NCBI RefSeq assembly: GCF_002571385.2
Contig: NW_019217964.1
Span: 470,174-534,173 of the forward strand
DNA length: 64,000 nucleotides
Source: Stylophora pistillata
Lineage: Eukaryota
Direction: 5' to 3'
Under the pieces are notes generated by a model that was given only the letters and a program-made list of their open reading frames with translations, did no database searches and was not told the origin of the DNA. Position 1 is the first letter of the stretch. Each line of letters begins with the position of its first letter. Both the position numbers and the translations under genes were made by a program. Below, piece by piece: positions 62,001-64,000 of this stretch.

Positions 62001-63480
62001 GTCTTTGATTTCTTTGCTAAGCGTCACCAACTTCCACAATAAGAAGAGAAAGGTTATTTTCAAGGCACCTAGTTATAAAATATAGGAAAAAATTATTTAT
62101 TATTTATCCAAAGTCAGGCGACGTCAGAGCTCTACAACTTACTTGTCCAATCAGACAACTTCGATCACCTTTTTCCTTGTCCAAATGGAAAAGTTACCCA
62201 TCTCGGACGTTCGGACGGGCCAAGTTTCCTGCCCTGTGTGCAGCTAAAAACAAGAGGCATTCAATACTCTGTCACTAAAATTAATTGACACACTTGGTTT
62301 TACTGGAGGAATTTTCCACAAAGGAAGTGGCATTAACCAATCCACAACTCAACTCAGGCACTTGTTAACACATTACTGACAGACTCACTGAGTGAGGAAG
62401 TAGGAAGGGAAATTAAGAAAGAAAAGTAGCAAAGTGAATTTAGCAGGAGCACCATGGATTGCTCCTCTGAAGATGCCTTGGGTCCCCCACATTTTCTTGA
62501 CCAAAACTTTGCTTAAAGTACATTTAATGTCGTGGGTAATTGAATTACAAACATTGGAATGGTAACACATGAAGAGGAAATTGTCATCAATACTGATAGG
62601 AAAAAGACTTGTTGAGGTCACTCCAGGTGGCATATTTTACCAGTTAGCGCAGCAGTTAATTCATTTTTTAAATAAGGTAATTTAGTGATATCAACTAAGT
62701 TGAAATTGTAAATTGGCCACCGTAAATAATTGAAAAGCTGACATCCGTTAGCCCTTCTTCATGGTGAATGGCAAAGGGCTAATGCTTGAAACATCAGCTT
62801 TTTAACTCTTTACAGTGGTCAATTTACAATTTCAGCTTAATTGATAGAGCCAAATTACCTTTTACCCCACCAACACAGCACCACAGTTTCTTTAGAAACT
62901 TAATTACTTCCATTAATAATTTTCTAAATAAATTATTTAAAGTTGTAGACAGGAGAACATTTCTCTGTGGCTCAAACTAAACATAATTTGTTTCCAATCT
63001 CCCAGTCATGTCATAAATGTTAAAGATGCTAAAGAATTTTCAAAGGATCAAGATCCAGTTCATGGTGTTGCGAAAGGTGAAAACAGAAAACTGAAAGCAG
63101 GTATGTACACAATCTAAATTCCCAAGTTATCACGATACATTTTTTTCTTTTTGTGGGACAAATCATTCTCATATCCAAGATTTGCTCATAAGCTTTTCTG
63201 TTTGCTTGACATATGAGTTTTTGTCAGTTGGAGGTAACAGCTATTTTTGAATTTATGTGGCAATTATTGTCTCCTTCAGCTGTGGAAAGAGCTCTGACAT
63301 ATTTGGACACCGGAAGAATCCCTGCAATCTGGGAGGAGAATTCATCTGATGTGATAGTCCATGGAGACAGTGAGGAGGAAACAAAAAGGGTGCAATCTTC
63401 AGAAGATGAAAGCAGTATGGAGGATGATGAAGAGAGGAAAACATTTAGACAAAGGCTATTTGCATTCATGGAAGAAAAGG
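53079..63480 (+). CDS. ARID4: ARID4A/ARID4B (RBBP1-like) gene, 5' portion (Tudor, RBB1NT/PWWP, start of ARID); continues beyond the window
   Basis: Exons 53079-53081 (ATG|GTATGT, least certain), 54186-54302, 54429-54494, 54633-54723, 54828-54907, 55018-55074, 58500-58543, 59525-59612, 59692-59745, 59981-60063, 63006-63100, 63280-63480. Motifs: [82 protein letters not shown]...LFAFMEEKG. Confidence 0.92.
55838..56030. repeat. Local ~98-bp tandem duplication
   Basis: GCATTGAAG..AAAACTTGTTAGTTGGAAT..TCCTTGTGGG..TTATGCTG.CCCATTC occurs twice. Confidence 0.8.
56410..57008 (-). mobile_element. 3' fragment of a REL-endonuclease (CRE-like) non-LTR retrotransposon
   Basis: HENEKK..Y...[23 protein letters not shown]...LA.LIADK.GE.YS.TI.WIR.K.SFALL...CLRGSR, then an AT-rich 3' UTR. 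Flanked by (AAT)n on both sides. Confidence 0.8.
57255..57400 (-). mobile_element. Degenerate tRNA-derived repeat
   Basis: Minus strand reads TGGCTCAGTGCTTTAGC...GAGGTTCGATTCC (A and B boxes), with no intact cloverleaf. Confidence 0.55.
57905..58199. mobile_element. Non-autonomous repeat with terminal hairpin
   Basis: TATACTAAAACAGT / ACTGTTTTAGTATA inverted pair, plus hairpin AACTATTCAC..GGTGGTTAGTGGTGGATATTTACC / GGTAAATATCCACCACTAACCACC..GTGAATAGTT. Confidence 0.65.
58201..58335. mobile_element. Palindromic MITE
   Basis: Near-perfect ~50-bp arms ATATGTTGTAGTTCAATTTTATCCTTGGTTCAAATTTTA.. and their reverse complement. Confidence 0.8.
59004..59189. mobile_element. hAT5-like MITE with 5-bp TSD
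   Basis: TIR CAGGGCTCAACA / TGTCGAGCCCTG; TSD GATGC (58999-59003 / 59190-59194). Confidence 0.8.
60122..60881 (+). mobile_element. TA-flanked TIR element carrying a disrupted HIRAN-like ORF
   Basis: TA|CCTTATTATAGGA...TCCTATAATAAGG|TA with subterminal AATTAACGCGAATTT repeats. [20 protein letters not shown] / ..[34 protein letters not shown]. Confidence 0.8.
61193..62236 (-). mobile_element. Internally deleted hAT-like transposon with a zinc-finger N-terminal remnant
   Basis: TIR CAGGGCAGGA / TCCTGCCCTG and subterminal ACTTGTCC/CGGAC repeats. Minus-strand remnant [51 protein letters not shown] unclear. Confidence 0.65.
62675..62905. mobile_element. Older, diverged family-B palindromic element in the opposite orientation
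   Basis: Arms GTAAATTGGCCACCGTAAA..AAAAGCTGA..TTAGCCCTT / AAGGGCTAA..GAAACATCAGCTTT..GTGGTCAATTTAC, with the tail on the right side (..CAGTTTCTTTAGAAACT). Confidence 0.7.
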
Positions 63481-64000
63481 GTTTGTTCACTTCATTTACA
63501 TCTCTGCTTTTTCATTCCATGCTCAATTTGGTTGTGAAAGACTTTTAACTGTGTGGAAAGTTTAGGGGTTGTGACCTGTAATCGTAGCCAATTCTAATAT
63601 CAATTCAGAGATCACAACACAACAAATTAAAAAGGATTTTTTTCCTAGAGAGTCACAGGCTAGGGTTAGAATGCAGAAGACCTTTGTGGGTGTCCTTTTG
63701 CAAAGGAAACTTTCAAATGCTATTTAGAGCATAACTTCCATGAACTATAATTTTTATATCTATAGGAAGGTTATGAAATACACTGTTTGGAAAAAAATTA
63801 TTTTATAGCTTCATCCACATGTAAACCCAAAGGGGTGGGAAATGGATGTTGTTTCTTTGAGCAGATTAATCTCATATCAAATCTGACTGTGCAATTAAAA
63901 CTTCTGTTTAATTTCTATCCTGAGAGGTTGGTCTACAAAACTATGAGGGGACTTTGTGATATTTTATTGCTTGCTATGCAATTCATCTTTCCAGTTTGCT

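Overview
Eukaryotic, AT-rich, intron-rich animal DNA. The repeat families look anthozoan (stony coral-like), which is an inference. There are three N-gaps (15220-15384, 36014-36067, 38898-39134). Hand-spliced genes: a complete 25-exon PACS gene (+, 2689-23143, ~840 aa); an intronless J-domain gene (-, 24919-25722); a synaptotagmin-14/16-like gene with a TM segment and only one C2 domain (-, 27130-28826, with a possible alternative first exon at 30877-30883); a complete 12-exon RBM34 gene (+, 35329-50355, ~350 aa) whose intron 5 holds an intact, intronless LRRC27-like ORF on the same strand; and the 5' part of an ARID4A/B-like gene (+, from 53079 beyond the window end). Introns and spacers are packed with often nested mobile elements: L2/CR1, RTE and REL-type LINE remnants, a Penelope-like element, an AcademH-like element, CAG-terminal (hAT-like) elements with 5-bp TSDs, MITEs and SINEs. 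The most striking pattern is that three unrelated short-element families share the Penelope-type insertion architecture: inverted arms, a one-sided 30-60 nt tail and a 10-14 bp TSD. Two of these carry hammerhead-ribozyme motifs; the third is built from 250-bp units around a tRNA-Thr(AGT)-like cloverleaf. All calls come from reading the sequence; no searches were run.
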